A program made the position numbers and the translations under genes. The notes below the pieces were generated by a model. It did not search any database, had not been told where the DNA came from, and was given only the letters and a program-made list of their open reading frames with translations. A stretch of DNA of 64,000 nt from NCBI GenBank assembly GCA_016699875.1, contig CP064989.1, forward strand, positions 584,788-648,787, read 5' to 3'. Each line of letters opens with the position of its first letter. Within the stretch, counting starts at the first letter, position 1. This document shows, in pieces, positions 9,967-19,326 of this stretch. The DNA is from Candidatus Moraniibacteriota bacterium. GTDB lineage: Bacteria > Patescibacteriota > Minisyncoccia > Moranbacterales > UBA1568.

Positions 9967-10380
9967 GTGATTTGGATAGCGGCTTCTATGCTTTTTAATG
10001 TTCCGCAATTCATTGATGTTGAGGATAAAGTGGCGGGGCCGCTCACAGCAAAACAAATACTCTGGATGGTGGGAATGGGAGGGGTATTGTTTATTGTGTG
10101 GACATTCCTCGATACGACCACGTTCTTCGTGTTTTCTATTCCCGTCATCATTATTTTCGTATTGTTTGCTTTTTATCGTCCGTATAATCAGTCACTCCTC
10201 TTCTTTTCGGTGAATGCAGTCCTCTTCTTCTTTCGGCCGAAAGTGTATACATGGGATCGCCCGGGCGTGATGAAGAACGAAGTCTCGAAGCCAAAAGAGG
10301 AAAAAGCAACACGTGAGAGTCCAAGAGCTCTCTCGGTCGAAGAAATACGGAGCTTGGCAAAAGTGGTTGATAGGAAGTGA
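9967..10380 (+). CDS. Small two-TM membrane protein, VirB3-like by size, topology and position
   Basis: 137 aa with two hydrophobic helices ('LWMVGMGGVLFIVWTFL', 'FFVFSIPVIIIFVLFAFY'), immediately upstream of the VirB4 N-domain gene. Confidence 0.35.
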   Translation: MIWIAASMLFNVPQFIDVEDKVAGPLTAKQILWMVGMGGVLFIVWTFLDTTTFFVFSIPVIIIFVLFAFYRPYNQSLLFFSVNAVLFFFRPKVYTWDRPGVMKNEVSKPKEEKATRESPRALSVEEIRSLAKVVDRK

Positions 10381-10429
10381 TGGAGTCTATTTTTTCTGGG
10401 AAAGTGCCTTCTATAAAGTGGATGATCGT

Positions 10430-11131
10430 ATGGAAACATTGAGCGGCGCCAAAAAACCAGCAATGCAAGATTCGGCATCCAGTACTCAGCGCTATGTGGA
10501 TGTTGAGGAGGTGCGCGATGGTGTCATCGTACTCAAGAATGGCGCGCTTCGCTCGGTGCTTTTGGTTTCATCGCTCAATTTCGATCTCAAATCCGCCGAG
10601 GAACAAGATGCTATTATTTTGCAGTATCAGAATTTTCTCAACTCACTGGATTTTCCGGTTCAGATCGTCATCTCTTCTCGCCGGTTTGATATTCAACCGT
10701 ATATCGAAGTTTTGAAGGATAAAGAAAATCATCAGAGAAATGAGTTGTTGCGTATGCAGATTTCCGAGTACCAGAATTTTATTAAGAATCTTTCAGAAGT
10801 ATCAAATATCATGTCGAAGTTTTTCTACGTTGTTATTCCGTTCTCTCCGGTTGAAGACAAAGAAAAGGGATTGTTTCATAGTCTGACAACGCTCTTCAAT
10901 CCGGCTGGGGCAATTGCGGAGCGTCGTGAATACTTTGAAACCTACAAGAATCAACTGTGGCAACGTGTGGATCATGTGAGTTTCAGTTTGTCACAGACCG
11001 GGCTTAAGGTAGCGCCACTCAACACGGAAGAGTTGATAGAGCTCTTGTATAACTCCTACAATCCGTCGCTCTTTACGACTCGATTGACAAAAAATATCGA
11101 AGCGATTGACCTGGCGGTTGAGAAAGCATAG
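10430..11131 (+). CDS. VirB4/TrbE/CagE N-terminal domain protein (either a separate gene or the N-terminal fragment of a disrupted VirB4)
   Basis: 'VEEVRDGVIVLKNGALRSVLLVSSLNFDLKSAEEQDAIILQYQNFLNSLDFPVQIVISSRRFD' matches the conserved N-terminal region of conjugative VirB4 ATPases. Same reading frame as the downstream ATPase ORF. The track start at 10313 overlaps the upstream gene, so ATG 10430 is preferred. Confidence 0.5.
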   Translation: METLSGAKKPAMQDSASSTQRYVDVEEVRDGVIVLKNGALRSVLLVSSLNFDLKSAEEQDAIILQYQNFLNSLDFPVQIVISSRRFDIQPYIEVLKDKENHQRNELLRMQISEYQNFIKNLSEVSNIMSKFFYVVIPFSPVEDKEKGLFHSLTTLFNPAGAIAERREYFETYKNQLWQRVDHVSFSLSQTGLKVAPLNTEELIELLYNSYNPSLFTTRLTKNIEAIDLAVEKA

Positions 11132-11200
11132 TGAGTGCCGTTTTTTGTGGGCAATACCCATTTATTTTCAAAGAAAGTCATTTTCAGAATTTGAAATCGA

Positions 11201-13039
11201 ATGTTTATGCGCGTCCCTTTTTTGTCTTCTTCCGGAGGTGAACAGGATGAAATCCTCGCGAGCGAGGTGCTTTACCAGCGAGGAGTAGCTCGTATTCGTG
11301 ATCTCATTGCTCCATCTGCCATTAAGGTAACAGCGAATTCTCTTCAGTCTGGCGAAACATTGGTGCGAACGCACTTTATCATTGCGTATCCACGCTATCT
11401 CAACACGAACTGGTTCTCACCGGTGGTGAATCTCGATTTTCCCATGGATACGGCGATGTTTGTACACCCGATTGATACGCGTGACATCTTGAGGAATCTC
11501 TTGAAATCGGCAACGCGGGTGGAATCTTCGATTCAAATAGAATCCGAAGCTGGCAAGGTACGAAGTCCGGTACTTGAGACGGCACTTCATGATATTGAAG
11601 AATTGCGCGATCGACTTCAGCAGGGGACAGAAAAGTTCTTTCGTTTCAGTATCTATATTTCGCTCTATGCGCAGTCGATTGAGGAGCTCAATCGCATGGG
11701 CCGATCCATTGAGGCGATGCTTGAGTCTCAATTGGTCTATATAAAGCCGTCCGTTTTGCGGATGCAACAGGGATTCACGTCGACGCGTCCGATCGGGACG
11801 GACACGCTCGATGTGGCAAATAATTTGAATACGGCGCCGCTTTCGACGACATTTCCATTTGTATCCGCCGATCTTTCGTCGAACGACGGCATTCTATACG
11901 GTATTAACCGGCACAATAACAGCCTGATTCTTTTTGATCGGTTCAAGCTCGAGAATGCGAATATGGTGATATTTGCAAAGTCGGGTGCCGGGAAAAGCTA
12001 TTTCATGAAGCTGGAGATATTGCGTTCCATGATGTTTGACACAAGCGTTATTGTGATTGATCCGGAGAATGAATACAAGCATTTGGCAGAGACTGTGAAT
12101 GGCTCATTTATTCACATGAGTCTCAATTCCGCTTTCCATATCAATCCATTTGATTTGCCGAAACAGCGCGACGAGCAAGAAGATTTCGAAGGGCTCTTGC
12201 GAAGCAATATTGCTACGCTGATCGGATTGCTGCACCTCATGCTGGGGAGTGTCACGGCGGAGGAGGACTCTATTCTTGACCAAGCCCTCCGCGAAACGTA
12301 CGCGGTGCGCGATATTACCGGGAAAACAGACCTTGCGACACTGACACCGTCCTCATTCCCTACCATGAGCGACCTGTATGAGGTTTTGAGAAATATGGAG
12401 GGGACTGAGTCACTCTCCGCTCGTCTTGAAAAATATACTCAAGGGATTTTCTCGGGATTTTTGAATCATGCGAGCAATATCACCATGCAGAACCAGTTTG
12501 TTGTGTTTAATATACGTGATTTGGAAGAAGAGCTGCGTCCGATAGCCATGTATCTTATCTTGCACTATATCTGGAATGAGATGCGGTCGGAGTTGAAGCG
12601 GCGACTGGTTGTGGTGGATGAGGCATGGATTATGATGCAGAACGACGATGCGGCGAGCTTTCTTTTTGGCATTGCGAAGCGTGCTCGGAAGTATTATTGC
12701 GGATTAACAACGATTACTCAGGATATCAGTGACTTCATGGGGTCGAAATATGGAAAGCCAATCGTGACCAATTCATCGCTCCAGCTCTTACTGCGGCAGT
12801 CTCCCGCATCGATCGATGTGGTGACAGAGACCTTCTATCTCACGGATCACGAAAAGTTCTTGCTATTGGAGAGTGCTGTTGGTGAGGGAATATTCTTTGC
12901 CGGTTCGAAGCATGTGGCTATTAAGGTGGTGGCATCATATAGCGAAGATCAGATTATCACATCGAATCCGGAGCAGCTCGCTGAGATAGAGGCAGCAAAA
13001 CGGGAATTTGACGAGCATGGCGGCTGGAGCGAGAGGTAA
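11201..13039 (+). CDS. virB4: VirB4-family conjugation/secretion ATPase (C-terminal ATPase portion)
   Basis: 612 aa. Walker A 'IFAKSGAGKSYFMK', Walker B 'RLVVVDEAWIMM', 'RKYYCGLTTITQD'. Central VirB4 region 'RTHFIIAYPRYLNTNWFSPVVNLDFP'. Confidence 0.8.
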   Translation: MFMRVPFLSSSGGEQDEILASEVLYQRGVARIRDLIAPSAIKVTANSLQSGETLVRTHFIIAYPRYLNTNWFSPVVNLDFPMDTAMFVHPIDTRDILRNLLKSATRVESSIQIESEAGKVRSPVLETALHDIEELRDRLQQGTEKFFRFSIYISLYAQSIEELNRMGRSIEAMLESQLVYIKPSVLRMQQGFTSTRPIGTDTLDVANNLNTAPLSTTFPFVSADLSSNDGILYGINRHNNSLILFDRFKLENANMVIFAKSGAGKSYFMKLEILRSMMFDTSVIVIDPENEYKHLAETVNGSFIHMSLNSAFHINPFDLPKQRDEQEDFEGLLRSNIATLIGLLHLMLGSVTAEEDSILDQALRETYAVRDITGKTDLATLTPSSFPTMSDLYEVLRNMEGTESLSARLEKYTQGIFSGFLNHASNITMQNQFVVFNIRDLEEELRPIAMYLILHYIWNEMRSELKRRLVVVDEAWIMMQNDDAASFLFGIAKRARKYYCGLTTITQDISDFMGSKYGKPIVTNSSLQLLLRQSPASIDVVTETFYLTDHEKFLLLESAVGEGIFFAGSKHVAIKVVASYSEDQIITSNPEQLAEIEAAKREFDEHGGWSER

Positions 13040-13125
13040 TGGTTCTGTTGTTTACACTCGTCTGCATGCTCCTTATTTCTATAGCTGTGAATGGCGAATG
13101 CTCTGAGGGGTAAAGGTGTATCTGT

Positions 13126-13812
13126 GTGTCTATGGCTGTTGCCAGTGCCATTGCGAATAGTCGAGATCGTCTCGCCTCCGAAGCGTCTGCTGAGGAGGAG
13201 CGAGCGTTGTTTCGTGAACAGCAGGCGCGTTTGCAAGAAGCTCAGAGGGTAGCACGTATCGTACAGGAAGAGGCGGCAGTGTCTGAATCGGAAGACAATG
13301 AGCCAGAAAGCGCGTCCTTAAATCGCTTGGAGCGAGTAAGTATATTTTCGTATTCAGCGTCGCTCATCGTCGCGTGCTTCAAAGATTTGCTCGACTTCAC
13401 CATTGTGATGGCGCTTCCAGTGATAGCGCCGGTGATCAGTTTGTGTGCCAACGCTCTCATCGTGCTCCTACTCTTCTTTCCGAAGCACCGGTACAGGATT
13501 GCGTCAAATGCTCGACTCATCATTATCGACGCGTTCATTTTGCTCGGACTGATTCCGCTCGAAGGATTGGCGTTTCCTTTTAATCTTCTTCCGTTTACAG
13601 TGGCGGCAGTGGGCATGATCTATGTGGTTGATAAAAAATTCGTTGCCGCAAGAAATTCGAAGCACTTTGATAAAAGACGAATGAAAGAAAATCTGAGCCG
13701 TGTTATTCGTCAAGCGTCGAGTGATCGAGGGAACACTGATAAGAGTCGGGTGTCCGAGCAAATGCGGTCGACGTGGGATATGCCGGAACGCGAAACGAGG
13801 TTTGAGGCGTAG
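13126..13812 (+). CDS. Membrane protein (N-terminal coiled/charged region, then 3-4 TM helices), hypothetical T4SS-associated
   Basis: 228 aa; hydrophobic core 'ALPVIAPVISLCANALIVLLLFF ... LLGLIPLEGLAFPFNLLPFTVAAVGMIYVV'. Confidence 0.5.
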   Translation: MSMAVASAIANSRDRLASEASAEEERALFREQQARLQEAQRVARIVQEEAAVSESEDNEPESASLNRLERVSIFSYSASLIVACFKDLLDFTIVMALPVIAPVISLCANALIVLLLFFPKHRYRIASNARLIIIDAFILLGLIPLEGLAFPFNLLPFTVAAVGMIYVVDKKFVAARNSKHFDKRRMKENLSRVIRQASSDRGNTDKSRVSEQMRSTWDMPERETRFEA

Positions 13813-13843
13813 TTAAAACAAACATGAAAACCAGGAAGTTTCT

Positions 13844-14545
13844 ATGGTGTACCCGGCAAAAAAACATCCGTTGCTCGATATCTGCGTAAATCGACGGTTT
13901 CTTGGTTTGAATGCGCTTCTTTTGGCGAGTATTTTCCTGGCTCTTTTCTTTCCTGTTTCCGGAACAGCAGAGCAGTTTTTGCTGGCATTCTCGGTCTACT
14001 TTGCGCTGCCTGCTCTGTTTGTTCGGTTTGTTTTGTGCGAGCCGCTTTCGAAGTACGGATGTTCATGGGGGAAGTTCGGCATCGTTGCAAATATAACCTG
14101 GATTCTTGCGGGAGCTTCCCTATTTGGAGCTTTTGTATGGGGCGTGTTGCGATGTACATCTTCCGGACAGGTGTTCTTGAATTCGTCGCAAGCATCTCTC
14201 ACGGTGATTCACCGGGATTTTCTGATGTTTCTCGGATCAATGGCGTTTCTAGCGTGGTTTATCTTCTTAAAAGAAGTATTCTTTCGCGGATTTTTTCTCC
14301 TTCTTTGGAAGAAGTTCTTGTCATGGCGGAGTCTCATAGCGCATTTCTTGCTTGTTGCTGTTGTTTCCGCGCAAGAGCTTCACGTTTTCGCACATACTGA
14401 TACATTCGTGACACTTCTTTTTACGCTGGCATGGTCGATGGTGGCGTCGGTTATTGCATTTGCAACAGAATCTGTTTTTGTATCGTTCTGCTTCTCTCTA
14501 TTTTCTGCTATACTCGTGTTAGTCTTGTCGATTTCGCTTTCATGA
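13844..14545 (+). CDS. Polytopic membrane protein, weakly CPBP/CAAX-protease (Abi)-like
   Basis: 233 aa, 6-7 TM. 'KEVFFRGFF' resembles the CPBP EExxxR motif; 'HVFAH' resembles the FxxxH motif. Stop overlaps the next gene's start (ATGA). Confidence 0.3.
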   Translation: MVYPAKKHPLLDICVNRRFLGLNALLLASIFLALFFPVSGTAEQFLLAFSVYFALPALFVRFVLCEPLSKYGCSWGKFGIVANITWILAGASLFGAFVWGVLRCTSSGQVFLNSSQASLTVIHRDFLMFLGSMAFLAWFIFLKEVFFRGFFLLLWKKFLSWRSLIAHFLLVAVVSAQELHVFAHTDTFVTLLFTLAWSMVASVIAFATESVFVSFCFSLFSAILVLVLSISLS

Positions 14546-17259
14546 AACAAAGAGTTTTTTTCTTTCCGGCAGTGATGCTTGCGGCGATTGTTTTCGCTAC
14601 GATTTTTTCGATTCCAAAAAAGGCGTCGGCTGATATTACAGACGTTTTTGTGACGAATATGCCGAGTGTTTCCGGGAGTTTGAGTTCATTCGAAGAGCGA
14701 TATCATCTCAATCTGGAAAGTTTGCAGAATCAGGGAGAGAACTTCAACGTGTCTGCGCAAAAGGGGCAATCTCCGCAAGTGCTGCTCTATTTCAGTCCAT
14801 CTGATCCAAAGCCGGGGTCTGAAATGGAAGCCCGTGCATTTCCGGAGTTCTTCGGCAATGAAAAAGATACGCTCTATTACACATGGTACATTCGCCGGAA
14901 GGGATGTGAGTTGGATGATTCACCGAGCGAAGAAAAATTGAAGCTCTGCGATCGCGACTCAAGTCCAAGTAGTGATGACTGGCGGTATGATCGGTTTGGA
15001 AATCGGCGGGTTATCTCGGTTGAAGATTGGAAAATTGAAGCGATGCAGTCGATTGTGGCTGGGAATTTCGACTCCACTTGTTCGCTCAATGGCAGTCTTA
15101 CCGATGAAGAGCGTGCGGATTGTGCGGAAAATATGTACAACTCCGGTGCGCCAAGCCGAGTGAATCCGACGGGGAATAAGGGAAATGATCCCGATGAAGA
15201 CGGTTATCGGGCGACGTATGGCGGCGATGGCAAGCTTGGGCAGCACTCGTACTGCTACATTCATGATTTTGAGGATGGAGAAAATTATGAGTTGACCAGC
15301 GGATGTGAGCATTTGTTTCCGGATAGTTATCGAATAGATGGAAACGGTAGAATCGAGCGGGATGGGAATATCGGGGAAAACGACGATGCTTTCCCTATCG
15401 ACGAAGAACATTTCTGGCGGACTGACCCGGAAGATCCGAGTACGGCACAAAATGGCAATAAAGACGAAGCAAATATAGCGGGTCTGGGACAAGGCACTTT
15501 TAAGTGGACCTATCAACCGGAAGACAGGGTTGGCGTGGTTGTGGAAGGGGCGTCCCTCTATACGACGAAATATGATGATTCGAGCATGATGATCATGTGG
15601 GCATTGCCGAAGAATGTCTGTGATGTTGTCGGGAAGGGAACGAAGCAGATCACCACGAAAGGTTTTTCGAGCAATGAGACGGCGCAAGTAACTATAAACA
15701 CATCAACGACCGATATCAACGATTGCTTGGAAGATAACCTCGTTGATCCGACTGAGGGCGCGCAAGCGGAGAATGTTGATGTCTCGCTCTCGTATGAACC
15801 GGAATCGCCTTCAGCGAAGTTGATTCCCTGGGGAGATAGCACGGTGACAGACGCAAAGACTATTGCTCAGACTGGCGATATCCTTACAGTACATGCTTCC
15901 TCTTCCAATACCGGGCAGAGTGCGGCGCTTACCAACTATACTTGGCGTGTTCAGGCGAGTTCGGACGGCACCTTCAATACGCGGTTCAGCGATGAGAATG
16001 TGTGGACGGATATTACCGAGGACCTCCAAACAGCGAAAAATATCAGCATGCCGAATGGCAACAATATCTCCTCGCTTTCTATTAATCTCAATTTGAACAG
16101 CGATTCGTACACGGATGAACAAACAAACACGGTTGTTCCCGGTTTTGGCGAATACTTTGTTGATGATGCGGCGTACCTTCGAATTACCGTAAGTGCGACG
16201 ACAAACTTTTCCGGTTCGGTGAGTCAGAGCGGATCAAGTTCGGTGGTGGTGAAAATTGTGGCGAATAAGTCTATTGACGTCTACGATGTGGATACGGTGA
16301 GTGATTCGGCGACGGGACTGATCAGTGTCAAGCGAAACGACACGGCGCTCTGCACAGCGAACACATTCCAACAGACGATTTGTCCGGTTTTGAACAACCA
16401 GATAGTCGGAGTGTTCCTCTCAACGGGCGAGGGAGAGGTGCGCGATTATGCCTGGACACTGAATGGTCAGTCCCTTGCTTGTACCTCTCGGGTGTCGGGC
16501 GAATGTAACGACTCGAAGCAGGGGGCGGTCAACTTTTTCCCTGTTTCCGGGAATGTCGGGGATATGTATGTTGTAACGGTAGTGGCGAACAATGCTGAAA
16601 CCGGGAAATCGTTTACTGTATCGCGTCGATTTCAGATTGTGGATCCGGATTTCGATATCATTTCCAATGAAACTGAAACGGCATGGCCGAAGTATCTCGG
16701 CAAATATGTGAATCTCGACGGATCCGAATCCGATGATATGAGTAAAACCTCGTTTGAGGGAGTTGTCGGCGGTGTTGCGCAACTCTCCGCAGTGTTTCGC
16801 CCGAGCGTGCTCGGGACGTTCATCTTGAATGGTGTTGAATCGGGAGATGATCAGAGTGAGATGATCTGGTCGATCAATGGCAGTCCTTTCAAGTGGAATG
16901 ATACCGGACTTTCACTTGCGCTCGACGGCAATGTCGGCGACATCTACACGGTGACGCTTTCCGGCGCCTACAACCAGCCACGCAAATTTCGGAAAGCGCT
17001 CTATGATATCTGGCGTATCTCTCCTTTTAGCTCCGAAACCGTGCGATTTTCAAAAGAGATTCAGATTCAATTAGTCACGCTGGAAGGTCAGGAAGATGCT
17101 CGCGGAAAATCGAACACATTCTTTGCCTCGGTCTTTTCCGCTGTTCCGCCCTTTGTGCTCTTTTCCGTCCGACTCATTCTCTCGATGGGCATGATTCTCC
17201 TTATTGTCGGCGTTGTGTTTTCGCTGGCACCAGAGGAAGAAAGAGGTAATGTAAAATAG
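14542..17259 (+). CDS. Large secreted/surface protein (~905 aa) with N-terminal signal peptide and C-terminal TM anchor
   Basis: Signal-like 'MKQRVFFFPAVMLAAIVFATIFSIPKKASA'. Long Asp/Asn/Ser/Thr-rich ectodomain. C-terminal hydrophobic anchor 'ILSMGMILLIVGVVFSLA' followed by 'EEERGNVK'. Confidence 0.6.
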   Translation: MKQRVFFFPAVMLAAIVFATIFSIPKKASADITDVFVTNMPSVSGSLSSFEERYHLNLESLQNQGENFNVSAQKGQSPQVLLYFSPSDPKPGSEMEARAFPEFFGNEKDTLYYTWYIRRKGCELDDSPSEEKLKLCDRDSSPSSDDWRYDRFGNRRVISVEDWKIEAMQSIVAGNFDSTCSLNGSLTDEERADCAENMYNSGAPSRVNPTGNKGNDPDEDGYRATYGGDGKLGQHSYCYIHDFEDGENYELTSGCEHLFPDSYRIDGNGRIERDGNIGENDDAFPIDEEHFWRTDPEDPSTAQNGNKDEANIAGLGQGTFKWTYQPEDRVGVVVEGASLYTTKYDDSSMMIMWALPKNVCDVVGKGTKQITTKGFSSNETAQVTINTSTTDINDCLEDNLVDPTEGAQAENVDVSLSYEPESPSAKLIPWGDSTVTDAKTIAQTGDILTVHASSSNTGQSAALTNYTWRVQASSDGTFNTRFSDENVWTDITEDLQTAKNISMPNGNNISSLSINLNLNSDSYTDEQTNTVVPGFGEYFVDDAAYLRITVSATTNFSGSVSQSGSSSVVVKIVANKSIDVYDVDTVSDSATGLISVKRNDTALCTANTFQQTICPVLNNQIVGVFLSTGEGEVRDYAWTLNGQSLACTSRVSGECNDSKQGAVNFFPVSGNVGDMYVVTVVANNAETGKSFTVSRRFQIVDPDFDIISNETETAWPKYLGKYVNLDGSESDDMSKTSFEGVVGGVAQLSAVFRPSVLGTFILNGVESGDDQSEMIWSINGSPFKWNDTGLSLALDGNVGDIYTVTLSGAYNQPRKFRKALYDIWRISPFSSETVRFSKEIQIQLVTLEGQEDARGKSNTFFASVFSAVPPFVLFSVRLILSMGMILLIVGVVFSLAPEEERGNVK

Positions 17260-17328
17260 AAAAGGAGATCGGGAATAATAAGAGTGCGGAAGCTTCTTAT
17301 CTCGTACGCGCTTGGGGTTGCCATTGAA

Positions 17329-18591
17329 ATGAAACTTTGTATGAATTCTTTGAAGAGAATTGGGGAAATAAGGATTTTTTTATTTGTATGCATGTCTATT
17401 TTTTTGTTTTCTCATAAAGTGGCATTTTCAGCCAATCCTGCAACACGAGCTGAATGTCTTGTGTATGTTTCAAAAACAGCTCAGTGTAAAAGTACTTGTG
17501 ATGGTCTCCAGCAAATAGGAACGTGTAGCGATGACACTTCGGGGAATACTCTATGTTGCGATAAAATATATCAGGAAACAGCCGTGGACGATGTTTCTTG
17601 TCATGCTCAGGGGGGGGTCTGCGTGAGGGATAGCGGTGCCCTTGGTGGAGGATGTAGTGTAAATGGTGAAGTTATAGGGGTGAAAGTTGGTAAGTGCGAC
17701 AATATAGTCGGTACTGGTGCGGCTACAAGCTGCTGCACCGATCCTAAAAACTCACAGGGGACAAATAATTCTTCTTCGGTTTCTTCTACTTCTTCTGGCT
17801 CTACCTCTCTCAACTATACGCCGCTTGAGAATTTGCCTGGGTTTGAGGGGCAGAGCGGGGACTTCGCGACGTATTTCGGGAATCTCTACAAGCTGGCACT
17901 GTGGATTGTGGCGATATCGGCGCTCTTTATGCTCGTTGTGGGCGGGTTTCTCTATCTCTCGAGTGCGGGGAATACGGCACTTCTTGGCACGGCGAAGAAA
18001 ACAATCTACTCCGCACTGATCGGACTGGTGATTGCGCTTATTTCGTGGCTTCTTCTTGATACGATAAACAGCGATTTGACGAATTTGAAACTGACGGGAT
18101 TGACCGGAGCGATAGGAACAAACAGTAGTACAAGTAGCACGTCAACAGCTTCTCCAACAAGTGGCTCCGCGGCCGAGGTTTTGAGTGAAGCGTATAAGAT
18201 GGTCAACAACACATCGTGTTATTATAGCCAAGCTATCCCTCGGAATGGTTGCCAGGGCAGCCCGCCTCATACAGACTGCTCGGACTTTGTTGTTTCTGCA
18301 TACAAGCGAGCCGGATGTTCGGTTCCTCCCGACGGCACTTCAAATATGAAGGCCGTTGCTGAGGATATTGGCGATAAAAGCAGTTTAAAATCCGGCGATG
18401 CTATCGTTTACAATAACGGATCGCATGGACATGTGGTGCTATGTGAAAATGATGGTTGTAGCACATATACGGCTGCTGCCTCAACGAAGAGTGGTCTTGT
18501 GAAAGGTCGAGATTCCGCTCATGTGTTTTCTGATGGAGCTTCTGCTGGAGGTTTGAAGGTTCTTCGGGTAAGCAAATACTGCAAAAGCTAG
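17329..18591 (+). CDS. Cys-rich secreted domain + two-helix pilin-like (VirB2/TrbC-like) membrane hairpin + C-terminal NlpC/P60-type cell-wall hydrolase
   Basis: Signal peptide. 13 Cys in the N-terminal 130 aa. Hydrophobic hairpin 'LYKLALWIVAISALFMLVVGGFLYLSSAGN...KKTIYSALIGLVIALISWLLLD'. NlpC/P60 catalytic 'DCSDFVVSAYKRAG' and 'GSHGHVVLCEN'. Confidence 0.55.
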   Translation: MKLCMNSLKRIGEIRIFLFVCMSIFLFSHKVAFSANPATRAECLVYVSKTAQCKSTCDGLQQIGTCSDDTSGNTLCCDKIYQETAVDDVSCHAQGGVCVRDSGALGGGCSVNGEVIGVKVGKCDNIVGTGAATSCCTDPKNSQGTNNSSSVSSTSSGSTSLNYTPLENLPGFEGQSGDFATYFGNLYKLALWIVAISALFMLVVGGFLYLSSAGNTALLGTAKKTIYSALIGLVIALISWLLLDTINSDLTNLKLTGLTGAIGTNSSTSSTSTASPTSGSAAEVLSEAYKMVNNTSCYYSQAIPRNGCQGSPPHTDCSDFVVSAYKRAGCSVPPDGTSNMKAVAEDIGDKSSLKSGDAIVYNNGSHGHVVLCENDGCSTYTAAASTKSGLVKGRDSAHVFSDGASAGGLKVLRVSKYCKS

Positions 18592-18596
18592 CCGAT

Positions 18597-19319
18597 ATGA
18601 TCCAGAAAATTTACATGCAAAAAAAACTTAAAAAATTTGCCCTCTTTGCAATTATTTTTGTACTGAGCATTATTGCTGCCAGCATCTTCTTTCTTGGTAA
18701 GAAGGAACCTCCCCGGTCCGGAAATGTGAATTCGATAGAGATTGGTCAAGCATATGCATCAGTAAAACAATTTTACGATTCGATTTCCAATGACGGCGGT
18801 AAGGGAATGCTGTGGGCGAACTTTGATAGACATCAGGACGTCTATCCTGTTTCACTCAACAAAATTCTTCTGCAAGATGGATCAATTTCTTCAGAAGGAG
18901 AAGCATTTATTCACTACATGAGTCAACAGGATTTCGATGTCTTCTGCTATAAGGGTGGCAGTGTCCCAAGCTGCGGCATATACATGTCTTTTGCACATCT
19001 GGAGAACTATTCAGGGAATTCTTACGAAGATGCTCTTACAAAGTTGGATGCATGGAGTCCGCATATGCTGAAAGATTTGCGCGGAGTTCTCTTTCCGCAA
19101 GATCCGCTGTCCGTGGAAGATGCTAATCAGTACGTACAATTTGGTAAAGAATATTCTTTGGCTACGGATTTGGGGTTAAAATACAAAAGTTCCGAAGTAA
19201 CAATTGGCACAGAGAAGAGAGGTATTTATTATGGCGTTGTTGATGGATATGTCATTCTGACAACATCAAAGGAGAGTTTGTTTGAAGCCTCTCGGGAACT
19301 TTTTTCACTTGTTCCGTGA
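18597..19319 (+). CDS. Membrane-anchored (N-terminal TM) extracytoplasmic protein, hypothetical
   Basis: 240 aa; 'KKFALFAIIFVLSIIAASIFFLG' anchor. Confidence 0.5.
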   Translation: MIQKIYMQKKLKKFALFAIIFVLSIIAASIFFLGKKEPPRSGNVNSIEIGQAYASVKQFYDSISNDGGKGMLWANFDRHQDVYPVSLNKILLQDGSISSEGEAFIHYMSQQDFDVFCYKGGSVPSCGIYMSFAHLENYSGNSYEDALTKLDAWSPHMLKDLRGVLFPQDPLSVEDANQYVQFGKEYSLATDLGLKYKSSEVTIGTEKRGIYYGVVDGYVILTTSKESLFEASRELFSLVP

Positions 19320-19326
19320 AGTCTCT

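Noticed and set aside
10313-10429. Track start of the VirB4 N-domain ORF at 10313
   Set aside because: It overlaps the upstream 9967..10380 gene by 68 nt in another frame. ATG 10430 gives a non-overlapping start.
11129-11194. Alternative genetic code (TGA as a sense codon) as the explanation for the split VirB4
   Set aside because: One of the three in-frame stops is TAG, and unambiguous genes such as dnaA terminate with TGA, so the standard code applies.
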